Shown one piece after another: positions 63,743-64,000 of a stretch of DNA of 64,000 bases. The position numbers were made by a program, and so were the translations under genes. Position 1 is the stretch's first letter; every line of letters begins with the position of its first letter. The DNA is taken from the IMG/VR virus record IMGVR_UViG_3300027301_000002, one strand, 5' to 3'. A model generated the notes under the pieces. The model searched no databases and was not told the origin of the DNA. It saw nothing but the letters and a program-made list of their open reading frames with translations. This stretch comes from a virus. Lineage: Duplodnaviria; Heunggongvirae; Uroviricota; Caudoviricetes.

Positions 63743-64000
63743 ATAATATTGCATGAAATATTTAATTTTAGGAATTGCGGGCAAAGCGACGTCAGGTAAA
63801 GATACTTTTTACGAAATATTGAAAAATTCTTTACCGGAATACCAAGTGCGGAGAGTCTCGATTGGTGATTATATTCGTATCGACATAAATCATCTTGGGT
63901 ACTTTGCTAGTAACAATCTTAATGTTTTTAACTTTACGCCTGCGGAAAAAGAGGAAATCCGGCCGCTAATGGTGGAATATGCCAACCTAGTTCGCAGCAA
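63743..64000 (+). CDS. P-loop kinase, T4 gp1 (dNMP kinase)-like; truncated by window end
   Basis: MKYLILGIAGKATSGKDTFYEIL has a Walker A resembling T4 dNMP kinase (GVKRSGKDT). Confidence 0.5.

Noticed and set aside
1-64000. Eukaryotic giant-virus (NCLDV) origin, suggested by tRNAs, an RNR intein and LRR/FNIP-like repeat paralogs
   Set aside because: The window shows bacterial lipoboxes, an OMP beta-barrel ending in Phe, a PEP-CTERM-like signal, PhoH, a T4-gp1-like kinase, rho-independent terminators, very short intergenic regions and tail-fibre-like giant proteins. No NCLDV core genes (MCP, A32, D5, RNAP subunits) appear.

Overview
This window reads as part of a large tailed dsDNA bacteriophage genome (jumbo or T4-like in character), not a cellular chromosome and not a eukaryotic giant virus. 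The reasons are small, densely packed genes in long same-strand blocks, PhoH, a T4-gp1-like dNMP kinase fragment, ATP-dependent DNA and RNA ligases, both class I ribonucleotide reductase subunits, ThyX, two HNH endonucleases, and a run of very large fibre-like proteins (871, 757, 2490 and 1090 aa) carrying FN3, NHL-like and LamG-like segments. Lipoprotein signal peptides, an outer-membrane beta-barrel, a PEP-CTERM-like tail, an SPFH protein and a YkuD-fold protein point to a Gram-negative host. Strand layout is minus 1-19696, plus 19712-41459, minus 41525-63705 and plus from 63743, with a strong bidirectional terminator at the 41.5 kb switch.

The most interesting content is RNA-centred. About 31 tRNA genes lie in two arrays (21.9-25.7 kb and 29.6-30.4 kb) plus three outliers. 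One tRNA(CAU) is interrupted by an ORF-less group I intron. All four Leu-anticodon tRNAs have a short variable arm and A73. Several tRNAs have a G55 T-loop. An RNA ligase with a tRNA-binding domain, a RelA/SpoT-type (p)ppGpp hydrolase and a macro-domain protein are also present.

The RNR large subunit is a fractured gene: N-extein plus IntN, then a free-standing HNH endonuclease ORF, then IntC plus C-extein, each in a different frame.

The window opens inside a tandem array of at least five paralogous genes built from 22-residue leucine-rich-type repeats, each preceded by a conserved 23-nt intergenic element.

A 2OG-Fe(II) oxygenase with two glycosyltransferases sits immediately upstream of the fibre genes.

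All product calls come from motifs read directly in the translations; no database search was possible.
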